From positions 22,258,001 through 22,322,000 of the forward strand of contig OY740813.1 in assembly GCA_963514005.1 (NCBI GenBank): a DNA stretch of 64,000 nt. Reading direction: 5' to 3'. Below are positions 1 to 12,607 of this stretch, one piece after another; position 1 is the first letter of the stretch, and every line of letters starts with the position of its first letter. Both the position numbers and the translations under genes were made by a program. The DNA comes from Raja brachyura (Eukaryota). The notes beneath the pieces were generated by a model. It did no database searches and had not been told where the DNA came from. It saw nothing but the letters and a program-made list of their open reading frames with translations.

Positions 1-1103
1 CAAACAAAGTGTATTTCACTCAACCAAAAATTGAGCTGGAAATGCTTTAACTGTTCTTAAACTTGTAACGCAGATATCAGGACACTGTTATGAAAAGCCA
101 ACCCAGTGAATTTGGTCACCCAATGGCATATCAGCTCTTAAATATAAAATTCAAATTGTAATTTATTAATAATGCAAAGAAATTGAAATTAACAGGAAAC
201 AGTACTAATTGTATTAAGTGTCGGGTACATTTAAAATAATTTTTAATTATTCAATTCACATAAAAATGAAGCTATCTGATACTAATTATAATCAGATCTG
301 ATTCAACCTGTAACTATAAAATGGCCTTTTATATTATTGAATAGAGGTATGCATATTTAGTATATGTAACATGTTAGAGAATTATTTAAACTCTGACATG
401 TCAATGAAACTGCCCATGTTTCTGCAACCACATTTAATGCTCCCTGCGGAATTTCTCTGCTGTACTAAAATGAGCAACGTACATTTAATTTGCATTTGTT
501 CTCTTTGCTAAAAGGGGTGTTTTACCATCTTCTTGACCCATTCTCTGCATTTATGTCCCAAAAACGTACCCCCGCTGAGCTGCTGCCCATCACAGGATTC
601 ACTCAGCGGTCATTCTTGCAGGAGCATGGTATCGTCACACGCCCGTTCTTATTCTCACTCCATACTTTTGTGCCCAGTCACTTTGGGCAGTGGTCACTGG
701 GACGGACCAACTTGCAAATCGTTCTACAATTACAGCTCTTTTCAGCAGTTAGATGAGATCACCTAACTCAGTATTATCTGAAGCACTTACAGCTAAAATT
801 AGGCAAGTGAGGGGGGGGGGGGGTGGTCTAGGGCAGGATTAGTATTAAAAAATAGGCTGCTTGATGGTCAGCACAGTCCAGGTGAGCTGGGGGGCTTCAT
901 TCTGTGCTGTATGGCTCTATGATCTTTATTTCTTTGAATAAACTAGGTTAATTTTCCACTCATCAAATTTCAGTTGTTAAATTATTCAATAAGAACAAAT
1001 TTGAATGCCTTACTCCAAAGGGCATTGTAGATCCTTGCATAAACTCACATGTATTGCAACCATAAAGAGGATGAGGAATGAAATCAGACTGTACCGAAGA
1101 TGA

Positions 1104-1285
1104 ATGTGTGAGTATGTGAGTGTGTGCAGTTGTGTGTGTATAGGTGTGTGTATAGGTGTGTGTGTGTGTAGTTGTGTGTAGGTGTGTGTATGTGTGTCTT
1201 CATGTGTGTGAATACATGCGTGAGTGTATAGGTGCCTGTGCGTTTGCAGATGTGTACATGTGTGTAAGTGTATGCCCCTGTGTAC
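1104..1285. repeat. Degenerate (TG)n microsatellite
   Basis: Interrupted TG/GT dinucleotide run; it explains the His/Thr-rich spurious ORF 1010-1393(-). Confidence 0.9.
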
Positions 1286-1324
1286 GTTGGTTAATTTTTG
1301 ATATTCATTACTAAGATATACAAA

Positions 1325-1790
1325 AGCATTACAGAAAAGTGGTAACTCAGAGTGATTCTCAAAGAGCAGACACATCTGAGGATTAGTTGCCAATCACACT
1401 CAGCTCTCGTTTCACTCCTCCCATTGGTCTGGATCCCTTCCCCACTTGACCACCTCTTGGTAATCACTCAGAAGTTCCCAAAATTACTCTGTGTGATTTT
1501 GTTTAAATGCTGTCTGATATGAACCAGGAACCCGCGTCCTGCAGCTGATGAAAGGTGAGCAAGTGATCACGGCGCAGATATACAGGAGATTTAAAATGGG
1601 AAGCCGATAGCAGCCATTGATGGGACGTGCTTCACTTTCTGTGTACAGCCCCGGCTCTCAAACAAAGCAAGTCGCAGGGTCTGCAGATGCAGCCGTTAAT
1701 TACAGGGCCAGGCAGATCTACCTGGGCAAGGTGTGTGTGCGTTTGCCTCCTGTCCCAATGAAGAAGCCACTCTGTGGAGAGTGGGAAAGC
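1325..1790 (+). repeat. Copy A of an old non-TE duplicated block (partner at 5663-6090); candidate cis-regulatory element
   Basis: Collinear similarity with 5663-6090, including an identical 37-bp core gagcagacacatctgaggattagttgccaatcacact (1364-1400 = 5702-5738). Confidence 0.8.
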
Positions 1791-3336
1791 TCATTAATGA
1801 GGCTAATTAGGTGGAAAGGGTAGAGCCTGGCATCAGCTGCAGCTTATCACAGCTAATGACTAAACTGTGTAATCTCCAGTGTGTAACAACAGCTGACCTG
1901 ACTCCTGTGTGACTGACGTCGGTGGAGGGTGGCTCGGGCACCTGAGCACCCGAGCACAAAGTCATTGAAGGAATACACAACAAAAAGCCTTGTTTAACCC
2001 CTTCTGTGCCGAAGGCAACAAGCAGGCTTTTTAAGATAATTCGTACAAGACAGAAGCAAGATCTTTAATTATGAACGGGACCCAACAAGCATTATTGAAA
2101 TCAATTGAAACAACAGTTTGATATGAGCAACGAATAACTCTGGGAATCGCTTTGTGTTTTAGAAATGAAAATTCTTCGAAAAAGACATAAATTGCTGAAA
2201 AACGCAATGGGCCTCTCTGGAAAATATGGAAAGTTTACATTTTTGGTCGGAGCCCTTCTACCCCTTTTCAGACGTGAATTATCAACAACAGTGACGTTGC
2301 TTGACCTGCTGAATTACTCCAGCACTTTGTGTCTGTTTTTATTAACTGGCATCTGCAGTTCCTTGTATCTCCATTAGAATCCTTAGTTTGCTTTATAATA
2401 AATAGTCACTGCTTTTGTCAAGTATGAAAATCAATTCACATCTCAACATTCAGCAAACCGAGGATGCAGGGGCTGTTTTATCCCCGGCATATGTAATCAG
2501 AGCCATTTAAATTCTGCAGATGTAATTCTGTGTTTAAAATAACTGAGAGGGGAAAGGGTGTGGGAGAGGAGAGGAGATGATTTGACATCAGAGTACACGT
2601 TCAGATTTAGTGCAGCAGTCCTATTCACACATCTTCTGGCTGGTATAATGTTTCAGCCACCCCAAGGATATGGCACCAGACGCGCACAGCTGGTGCAAGT
2701 TCCGCTCTCTGCAAGGAAATGGCACATCTCTCTCACACGCACCAACTCCGAGTTAACAGCTTCACTGCTAGATCAGCTTGGGTATTCCTACACTGCTAGT
2801 GGCCGCAGTAACCTCTCCACGGTTTGCAGCCCCAAAGCATTGCAACGGACTAGCTTAAAGCTGTAAAGCCATAAAAGTGCAAGCGAACTGGGTTAAGTGT
2901 CATCGCCGTAAAGCAGCACAGAAATGTCACAATTTAACAGGGGAGGTCAGGTTATTCCAGAGATGCCGCCTCACCCACTGAGTTACTACAGCACTTTTTT
3001 TTTGTAATCCAGCACCTGCACTTCCTTGTGTTTAAACTTCAGTTCTAGTTTCATGGCACAAAAACAGACATTGTACACTGGGGAGAATTTGACGAGTGTC
3101 CTGGCCAGACCAGTTTGTACATGGCCACTAGGTTCATGGGCTGAGTTAGGGATAGGGATGCTGGAGTTACCAGGTGGGGACAGCATCTGCTGTATTTGTA
3201 TCCGACCCACAACGTCCAGATCAGATGCAGTGGCCTCCTCTTACAAAGCAGTGGTAACATCAGGAGTTAGTTAAAACAAACCCAACATTTTGTTTCAATA
3301 TCGTGAGGAGGCTTCAAACTGAACTCGTTGAGCAGG

Positions 3337-3436
3337 AACTCATCTGAAGAAGGGTCTCGACCCGAAACGTTACCTGTTCCTTCGCTCCATAGATGCCGCC
3401 TCACCCGCTGAGTTTTGCCAGCATTTTTGTCTACCT
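3337..3436 (+). mobile_element. PLE pLTR-derived mini-element with hammerhead-like core
   Basis: ctgaagaagggtctcgacccgaaacgtt at 3344-3371; flanked by the direct repeat tcgttgagcagg (3325-3336 and 3437-3448). Confidence 0.8.
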
Positions 3437-3510
3437 TCGTTGAGCAGGTTGAGCCGGTGTCATTTGCAGAGTGGTTAACAAACTCTGAGACAGTTGTGAT
3501 AACCACATAA

Positions 3511-3791
3511 GTTTAGAGGCACAATGTGGAAACAGGCCCTTCGACGCTCCAAGTCCACACCGAACCCACAATCACCCGTACATTCGTTCTGTCCTACAAG
3601 CGAGGGAGAATTTACAGAAGCCAATTAAATTACAAATCTGCACATCTTTGGGATGTGGGAGGAAACCGGAGCATCTGTCGGAAACCCACACGGTTACAGA
3701 GTGAATGTGCAAACTCCACACAGACAGCACCGGCAGTCAGGATCGAACCCGGGTCTCTGGCGCTGTGAGGCAGCAACTCTACCACGCTGCC
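3511..3791 (-). mobile_element. V-SINE (HE1-like) tRNA-derived SINE
   Basis: Reverse complement of a tRNA head with box B (gggttcgatcc), V-domain (ccggtttcctcccac) and CR1-type tail. Confidence 0.85.
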
Positions 3792-4572
3792 TCACTATAA
3801 AATAGTCACCTAAAATCACACAACTATAAAATAAAAAGAGAAACCTAAACAGAGGACTGAACGGACTGAAGCAAGTCTGGTCACTCTGGAAAACTCATTT
3901 TATACCCTGTGATCAACGTATGCTCTTATTTTGATCAATTACGTAAAACTGGCAGAGTGCCTGGTGTCCGTAGCAAGCCACGAACACCAGGCACGTGGAA
4001 AGGGAGCTTCCACCCTTATCAATGCCATTCAGTTATCAAAAATATGTCCTGAGTTCTGGTGAACAGTAGCCACCTGACAACGCTGTGAAGAGTTAGCCAC
4101 TTTAATCCTCTTGTCTGTTCATTAGATATCCCTGGGCTCATTAAAACATACAAAGGGATATCTTCGAGCTTCACCTGACATCAATCTGAAGACAAGTCAG
4201 TTGGCCTCCAGAAAACAGTGCTTTTTAATAACAGCTCCTTTCTAACAACAGGATGACTTTGCTGGACTGAGATTAATGAATATATTTGCGTTAATCCAGT
4301 GCATGTGTGACACACACTTTGCATGTGTGAAACTTTCAGCGTGACGTGCTCAGAAGCGAGAGACTGAGGTGTGGCAGATCTACACTAATCATGGGAGTTT
4401 TGCATGGATTTTCTATAAGTGGCTGGAGAAAGCACTGATGTGTTAGGAGAGCAGAAATGTTTGATAAAGATAAACTGAGATGCAGAAAGTACAGGAGGTG
4501 CGTTACCTCGCGAAGCAGGATCCTGGTCATGGCCACGTGTCCCTCTCCCACATGTCCTGCCAGGATCTCCAT

Positions 4573-4883
4573 GGACACGGTGGGCCGGTGGTAGAGTTGC
4601 TGCCTCACTGAGCCAGAGACCTGGGTTCGATCCTGACTACAGGTGCGGACTGTACAGAGTTTGTACATTCTCCTTGTGACCGTGTGAGTTTTCATCGGGT
4701 GCTCCGGTTTCCTCCCACGCTCCAAAGACGTACAGATTTGTAGGATAATTGGCTTCGGTAAAAATTGCAAATTGTCCCGAGTGTGTAGGATACTGCTAGT
4801 GTATGGGGATCACTGGTCAGTGTGGACTCGGTGGGCCGAAGGGCCTGTTACTGTGCTGTTTCTCTGAACTAAAAAAACTGAAC
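4573..4883 (+). mobile_element. V-SINE (HE1-like), near full length
   Basis: Box A-like ggtgggccggtggtagag, box B ggttcgatcc, V-domain gggtgctccggtttcctcccacgctccaaagac, tail gggccgaagggcctgtt shared with the CR1 3' ends. Confidence 0.9.
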
Positions 4884-5054
4884 ACACTGCTTCCCCTCTT
4901 GTAGCCTTCGAGATCTTCCCTGACCTCTCTCTCCATCTCTCTCCCTATCTCTCTCTCTCACTCAACTGAAACAGTTAAGTTAGAAATTGAGTGAATATTT
5001 AAATTATAATTAGTCACTGGATGACAAAATATGGAGATAATGCTTTATCTAATG

Positions 5055-5430
5055 AAGAGAGATTAAGCAGATTGGGCCCATCCCTCTGGCGTTTAGTGGA
5101 AGAAAGGACGATCTTATTGAACCGTTGAGGATCCTGTGGGGGCTGAGGGTGCATCTGCGATCAGGATGTTTTCCCAGGTGGGGAAGGGGTGAGGGAAAGG
5201 GGTGCTCTAGGCAATGAGGTATTTCTTCTCTCAAAAGGGGTGAATCTTTGCAAATCTCTACCCCAACGAGCCTTGTGTTATGGCGCATTCAAGGCTGATG
5301 CTGATGAGTGGGACCGACAGGGAAACCAACGGCTATGGGGACCAGGCAGGAAAGTGAAAATGAGACTAGGAGCAGATCTGAAGAGCAGAGGGGGCTCGGG
5401 GGGAGGGGGAAATGGTCTACTCCTGCTCCC
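5055..5430 (+). mobile_element. Old CR1 LINE 3' fragment
   Basis: Degenerate match to the CR1 ORF2 end and 3' UTR seen at 50990-51450 (ends aatggtctactcctgctcc). Confidence 0.65.
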
Positions 5431-5662
5431 CTCCGTCACATTCATCGGCCATAATATTGCTGCTCACGTTTATCGAGCTCACAAAGTGAATTTACAGAAA
5501 ACTCTGCTTTAAGTGTCGAATAGGTCAGAACTCAAGTTCACTTATTTGGTGTTCACATCCGTGGCTCTGCTTATTTTAAGTGCTTTGCTGTAAATCATGG
5601 TGCGCAATGATTTCTGTAAAATCGAACAACATCTTGATATGCATTAGTAGTAAGATGTAGAG

Positions 5663-6090
5663 AAGCATTACAGAAACGTTGCAACTGAGTGTGATTCCCA
5701 GGAGCAGACACATCTGAGGATTAGTTGCCAATCACACTTAGCTTCGTGTACACTCCTCCCATTGATCGGGGAGCCCTCAATGCAATCACTTCTTGGTAAT
5801 CGCTCCCAAGTACTCAGAATCATTCTTCTAATTTTTCTGGTAAGAACCATGGAGCTGAGTCCTAGTGCTGATTAAATGTTAAGGTGAGCAAATAATCACA
5901 GCGCAATATACCTAATAAAAGTACAGAGGCACTGGAGTTAAAATGGGAAGCCGAGAGCAGCTAGTGATGGACGCGCTTCATTTTCTGTGTACAGCACGGA
6001 TCTCAAACAAAGCAAGTCACACAATCTGCAGGCATTAATTATAGGGTCAGGCAGATCTCTCTGTGCCTCCTGTCCCACTCTCTGGAGAGT
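5663..6090 (+). repeat. Copy A' of the old duplicated block (partner at 1325-1790)
   Basis: Shared blocks: agcattacagaaa, the 37-bp core, aaggtgagcaa, aaaatgggaagccga, ttctgtgtacagc, tctcaaacaaagcaagtc, caggcagatct, tgcctcctgtccca. Confidence 0.8.
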
Positions 6091-7179
6091 ATTCATGTTA
6101 TTTACCACATCAAAAACTCGAGTTCACTTCATGCCGATCATATCAGTGGCTCTGGTTATTGTTAAATAATTTGTTGTAAATCACAATGCTTTCCGTAGAA
6201 ACTAACAATTTATAAACATCAGATGCCCAAAATATACCCACCAATAAATTTGCATCTTTTGGGACCGGGTATTTGTGTGTTCATATCAGAACACTGAAAT
6301 ATACTTTAAAGGGTTCACCAAAAGTGTTATTGTTTGTGGAAAGTACTTTAAAGTGCGTAGAACCGAAAGTGCAGGAGGAATTCAGTGGGTCAAGCTGCAT
6401 CTCTGGAAATCATGGATAGGTGACGTTTCAAGTCGGGGGGCCCTTCTGTAGCACTTTTAAAATGTATTGAATTTAAAGTGGGTATAATTTTAAAACAGAT
6501 ATACATGATATACATGGCAATAATAAACTAAACAAAAACTAAACATCATTGTAGTTTGACACAAAATATGAGACTTTAAATGGTCCATGACTCTACTAAC
6601 AAGAGCGATCTATTTATTTTTAATACAATTACCACGCATTAAGTATAGACTGTTCAATTGAATTTTATAATATGAACATGTAAACAAACTAAAATTTGGA
6701 TACCTCAGATATGAGCCAACGCATCATGTGTGGCAAGAGTTGGAACAGTATGTTTGAAATGGTTCAAATAGTAAATTTGTAAAAAAAAAACAAATTGCTA
6801 TTAATTGAACATTGTTGATTATCCAAAATATTTCTAAAACAAAACGAGCTCCACCGAAACTAATGAACAAACAGTATGTAGGCAGGAAAACCCAACTGGG
6901 AAATCAGTGAGCCACAGCCAACAAGGTCCCAGTTAGGTAAATGAAATCCAACTGTTCAAAACATTTTTTTTTTAATGTCTTGCATTTTATTTTCATCATT
7001 ACCGAATGATTTGAACCATAAATTAAAACAAACAGGACTTTGTAATTCTCTATTAAAACTAAATTCAGTCCGTGCATGTTCCAAATGTTTTTTCCATTTT
7101 CCAACTCATCATCTAAAATAGCAACGTATGGAAAACAATCACCACCCCATGATGCACTGAATGTAGAAATAGGAGCAAA

Positions 7180-8150
7180 CCAGTCATCGAGTCATACAGT
7201 GTGGAAACAGGCCCTTCGACCCAACTTGCCCACACCGGCCAACATGTCCCAGCTACCCTAGTCCCACCTGCCTGCATTTGGCCCATATCCCTCCAAACCT
7301 ATCCTATCAATGTACCTGTCTAACAATTTCTTAAACGTTGTGGTAGTCCATGCCTCAACTACCTCCTCTAGCAGCTCATTCCATACACCCACCACCCTTT
7401 GTGTGAAAAAGTTACCCCTCAGATTCCTATTAAATCTTTTCCCCTGCGCCTCCTTTTGAACTGTTCAATCATACTATGGCTTAACTAAACCTCAATGTTT
7501 CTCATTCCTTGATGCCTTATCTGAATAAATATCACCTTCCCTTTCGTCTCTCATGTGGAGGAGGCTGCCAATCCACCCATTGAGTTTCTGGCAAGCTGAC
7601 TTAAATCCCTTTCACCTATTTATTTGCCTGCAAATTTATCTTCAACTCCTTCCTAAAAAAACGTCCTTTAATTCTGAAGCTATGACCTCTAGTCCTAGAC
7701 TCTTCCACTAGTGGAAACATTCTCTTCACATCCACTCTATCCAAGCCTTTCACTATTCTGTATGTTTCAACGAGGTCCCCCCCCCCCCACCCTCACTCTT
7801 CTAAACTCCAGCGAGTACAGACCCAGTGCCGGCAAACGCTCATCTTAGGCTAACCCACTAATTCCTGGGATCATTCTTGTAAATTCCTGGGATCATTCTT
7901 GTCAAGATAAATAATCGCCTCTGCCTGCATGTGATCCATATCCCTCCATTCCCTGCATATCGCTTTGCCTATCTAGAAGCCTTTTAAACGCCACTATCGT
8001 ATCTACCTCCACAATCACAAATGGCAGCATGTTCCAGGCACCCACAACTGTGTGTAAAACAAACCTTGCCCCCATGCATCTCCTTTCAACTTCACTACTT
8101 TCACTGAAGCTATGCCCCCTAGTCTTTGATGTGAAGGCATTCCTTCTATC
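7180..8150 (-). mobile_element. Cluster of three CR1 LINE 3' fragments (approx. 7180-7450, 7590-7900, 7905-8150)
   Basis: Reverse complements of CR1 3' UTR and ORF2 end; ORF 7902-8153(-) gives VVGAWNMLP..IVAFKRLLDR, the CR1 ORF2 C-terminal motif. Confidence 0.8.
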
Positions 8151-9210
8151 CATGCTGGAGGCAGTGGAGGCTCATTTACTGAGTGCAGTTCAACATATTC
8201 CTGGATATTAAAAAGAATAATGGAAAATGGGAATAGTGTGGGAAATTAGAGATGAGAAAGAAGATCGGTAGTAATTTCGATGAATGGTGGGGTGGACTTG
8301 AAGAACTGGATGGGCTATCTTGGCCCTAATTGTTCTAACCATGCATGGATATTGTCCTTTAAAACAGTATGGTATCTAATGGCCTCACAGCAATCAAGTA
8401 CTAAAGACATCATGCCTAAGACAAGGACATGAGGATCGTATTTCTTGCATATATCGTAACCTATTTACAGGATGCAGAAACAGTCACACCATTACTTTGC
8501 AGGTCTTTGCTGCAGTCCCTAACTTCACTGCTCATTACCTCCAGCTGCCAGTGAAGAGCAGCGAGCCTTTCTGCAGAAATGTCATGTTTCCACCTTCGGA
8601 GAAAAGCCATGAAGATGACAGTCTGGTGAAGAGGCCAGTTGCTGTGCGATATCTTAAAAAAAATGCTTTTCTTAGAGATATATTGTATCTCAAATTAGGC
8701 ATGGTTGAAAGTTAAAAAAAAATCACAGCTTTCCGTGTGGAAATAAGATCACTGTAATACCTCAGCCTTCACTGTTTATTTGTCTTTGTAAATATACTCA
8801 TTGCGTCCTGGCAACCACAGCAGTTTTTAATGAAACGTTAATCAGTGAAACACTTCCAAAATCATTCAGGAATATTGGGGGTAGCTTATTCTAAAGGTCC
8901 CACGGCCTCGGTGAAGAAACCACCTCTTCTCCATCCTGTTAAAGGAACTGCAGATGCTGGAGAATCGAGGGTTACACAAAAAGCTGGAGAAACTCAGCGG
9001 GTGCAGGAGCGAAGGAGATACGCGATGGTTCGGGTCGAGACCCTTCTTCAGACCATCCTGAATGGCTGATCTCTTATTTTGAGACACAGATCCCTAGTTC
9101 CAGGCATCAAAGGCAGGGGAAACATCAGCTCTGTCAAACTCAGAAGTTCATTCATATCATTGCGATCACCTCTAATTCTTCCAAACTCAAGAGAGTATAG
9201 CTATTTTCTG

Positions 9211-10237
9211 CTTAATTGTCCCTCTGATAACACAATGACATTCCAAGAATCAGTCTGTTGAATCTAAATTCTAAATCTGCATCAGGTTAAACTTGGCATC
9301 ACAACAGAAATAAAACATTTTAAAAACTGCTGGAATAAAAACAGAAAATGCTGAAAATGTGGAGAGAGCAGGAGTTTATGTTTCGGGTCAGTTTTTTTAA
9401 AACATATTTAAACTCTTTAACAGTTTATTCAATGTTTTCAATAGCTATGCTCCCATAGACATTTTGAAGTATTAAAAAAAAACACAGTAGTGTTGAAGCC
9501 TGACAAAGGTGGGACTTGACTTTGGCAGTTGTCCAAGTTTTTCAGCTGTTTTACGGGAATGCTTGTTTTGGCCTCAGCTTAATACCACCCTCACACAAGG
9601 CCCCGTTACTGTTTACATTACCTTTCTAGTTGGGATCCATGGCTTAGCTTTGGAAATATGCCAAAGGTAATGTCTGAAGATTTTCAGAAAATGCCATCTG
9701 CAGATGGCTCACCGGTGACAATTGCAGACCATGGTACTTGTGTCAGTTGCCTTGCAGACCTACTTCATTGTGGACATTGGACTTAACTGTAACTGTAACT
9801 ATATTCTGCACTCTTTGCTCTACCTGTTGTCCTTGTGTATGACTTGGTTGTACTCATCTATAATCTGATTTAATTGGATAGCACACAAACAAATGCTTTT
9901 CACTGAATCTATGCACACATGATTGAATTATTATTGAATATCGGTACATTATTATTCAATAATAATAATAATCAACCAATACCAATGCATGTGAATGTCT
10001 GAAAAATTAAATAAGTTTAAATATGTTATGAAAAACCAACTGATGCGATATCATTGACCTGAAACAAACTCCTGCTCTCTCTACAATTTCAGCCGTTTTT
10101 GTTTTTATTCCAGCATTTGCAGTTTTTTGCTTTTTAATTTCAGTTGTGCTGTTAAATCTAACCTGACGCAGATTTAGAATTGAGATTCATCAGACTGATT
10201 CCTGGAATGTGATTGTCACATCGGAGAGATAATTTAG
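9211..10237. repeat. Inverted duplication; arms approx. 9211-9391 and 10055-10237
   Basis: The arms are reverse complements, e.g. aaattctaaatctgcatcaggtta / taacctgacgcagatttagaatt and gagagagcaggagttt / aaactcctgctctctc. Confidence 0.8.
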
Positions 10238-10579
10238 ACTTGCTACAACAGCTCTCACTACAAAACAAAAGATTACTTTAACCCAGTAACAAAAATTATA
10301 TTTTTTGAATAAAAATTGCATGGTTTAGTAATATCTTATTGTGCGATTTCAGAAATGCCCATTAAGTAGGTGTCACGACACTTCAGTTTCAAAGAGTCCA
10401 CTCACAATGAAGTGCATGTTCCCTTCCTGGTCCCCAGAATTAAGCGTAATGGTGAATTGTAGCTTAATAGTATCTGGACGTGTCTGACAACTGGACTGAA
10501 GTGATGGTTCGAGATAGTGGTGAGCATGTGTGACAGGAACACAGGCATGGTATCAAATCGAAAATGCAAACTCAGACTA

Positions 10580-11012
10580 ACACAGAACACTACAGCACAG
10601 GAAAAGGCACTTCAGCCCACAACATGTCCGCGCCAACATGATGCCAAGTTAAACCAATTATCTCTTCTGCCTGTACGTGGTCTATTCGCTCTATTCCCCG
10701 CATAGCGATGTTCTCATCTACAAATGTGTTAAATGCCACTATCCTGTTTGTCTCCGTCGCCACCCCTGGCAACACATTCCAGGCACCCCTCATCCTCCGC
10801 CTAAAAAGGCTTAGCCGTGCAACCTTAAACTTTGCCCCTCTCGCCTTGAAGCTCTGCCCTCCAGTCTTTAACATTCCTACCCTGGGAAGAAAGATTCTGA
10901 CTGTCAACATTATCTATGGCTTTTATAATTTTATATACTTCTATTTTATAATTTTATATACGCCTCCCCTCAGCCTCCGACACTCCAGAGAAAACAATTC
11001 AAGTTTGCTTGG
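10580..11012 (-). mobile_element. CR1 LINE 3' fragment
   Basis: ORF 10590-10910(-) contains GAWNVLPG..AF..D; 3' tail gggctgaagtgccttttcctgtgctgtag. Confidence 0.8.
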
Positions 11013-12035
11013 ATTGTAACAAACTATAGAAGGATATGGTGCAAAATAAATAATGACTGGCTTTGCCAGTTCCTACATCTGTTCAGCGGCACAAGAACAT
11101 TTGGATCATTGCTAACGATTAAAGAAGAATTTGTCTCCAATGTTCTAATGTATGTGAGCTACAGAAATATACCCTTGCCTAAAGTACATTTTATTACTGC
11201 TCAATCTCGAATGTTTCAGCAATATATCAACTTTATTTTGCATTGTAACCATGTTCACCGAACAGAGACTGCTTGCTACACCAACAGAGTGGGAATCTGT
11301 GGGCAACATCACAAGACATTTTTTTTCTGTAGTTTTTTTTATTTGTTTTGCCCTGTGCTTGACAGCAAGCCATTTGTCAATCCCATTAAGCTAATTCTAG
11401 CTGTACTTGACTGCTATGATTTGGTTGCCAAACATCTTTGAGGAGGGGAGGTTTACACACATTCTAGAGGAGGGTGGTATCATCAGCAGTGAGAATACTA
11501 ACTGTTTATGACATCCTCCAGATTGTCAGTGAAGATGAGAAACAGAATGGGGCCAACTGTTCCTCACTCGAATTACGAGTCGAAAAAGACTAACATTCAT
11601 TATCATTGCCAAAAGCATGTAGCACAGATCACTTCAATGGTAAATATGCCATAACAAAGCCAAGTTATCAAAAGGGGTGAGTATTTCAATGTATCTGGAA
11701 GATTGAACAGAAACAAATTCAATGTTTTTAACATCACAAATCAATTTGACTTATCTCTCTCCAAGCAGGGAACACTCATTGGAGAAAGACACAAAGTGCT
11801 GGAGTAACTCGGCAGGTCAGGCAGCACCTCTGGAGAACACGAATAGGTGACGTATCGTGACCCTTATTCATCGGAGACTGCCTTTAAAAACAAAATCCAC
11901 CTGGATCAGACCTAAATGGGCTGACTTTTCAAGGTTGGCCAATGACTTGCACACCACTGTTGAAGGAAAGACAGATACAAACAAATTCTAGTACTCTCAC
12001 AGAGGATGAAAAATAATTATGAGGCAGTCAATAAG

Positions 12036-12607
12036 ATCCGGCTGAAGACGTGCCCCTCCCCAAGCTGCAGGACAATCCCCCCCACCGGCCCCCGACAGCC
12101 CCCGCCAGAAGCCGGCCCCCTCCCCCGGCTGCAGAACGCAACAATAGACGCAACGAGAAAGAATGGACTGAATAAATCTCCTCTTTAACGTTTAAATTAT
12201 TGTTATATTTTAAGAGTTGTTCACATTTTAAGCTTTAATAAATCCCTTTTCCACTTGCCGTGCCCGTCAGCTGCACCTGCGCAGTAATACCTGCGTGTTC
12301 TACGTTACATTGGAAACCCAATGGGCAGGAATGGCTGCACCGCCGGAGAGCCGGATGAGGGTGGGGAGGGGGGGGGGGGGCTTGAGGGGGGGATGGAGTG
12401 AGTGTGTGTGGGGGGGAGGGCATGGGGTGGATTGGTGGGGGATGAGGGGAGGAGGGGGATCAGCTTCGTCACAACGGGAACCCATCAGCCAGTTGGGGGC
12501 TTTACTTGAGTGGTGGAATATCGGAATTGGTGGAGAGGTGGAATATTGCATTGGGGAACCAGCCCTCAAATGTGAGAATGGGACCCAATGGGTCCCACTT
12601 AGTCCAG
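12036..12607 (+). mobile_element. Non-autonomous Helitron-like element (3' end clear, 5' end uncertain)
   Basis: Palindrome tgggaccca-a-tgggtccca at 12579-12597, then cttagtccag|t: a CTAG-like terminus 10 nt after the hairpin, followed by T. Interior is G-rich and C-rich. Confidence 0.6.

Noticed and set aside
4573-4650. tRNA genes suggested by box A/box B motifs
   Set aside because: These are SINE heads that continue into V-domain and LINE-derived tails; no complete cloverleaf.
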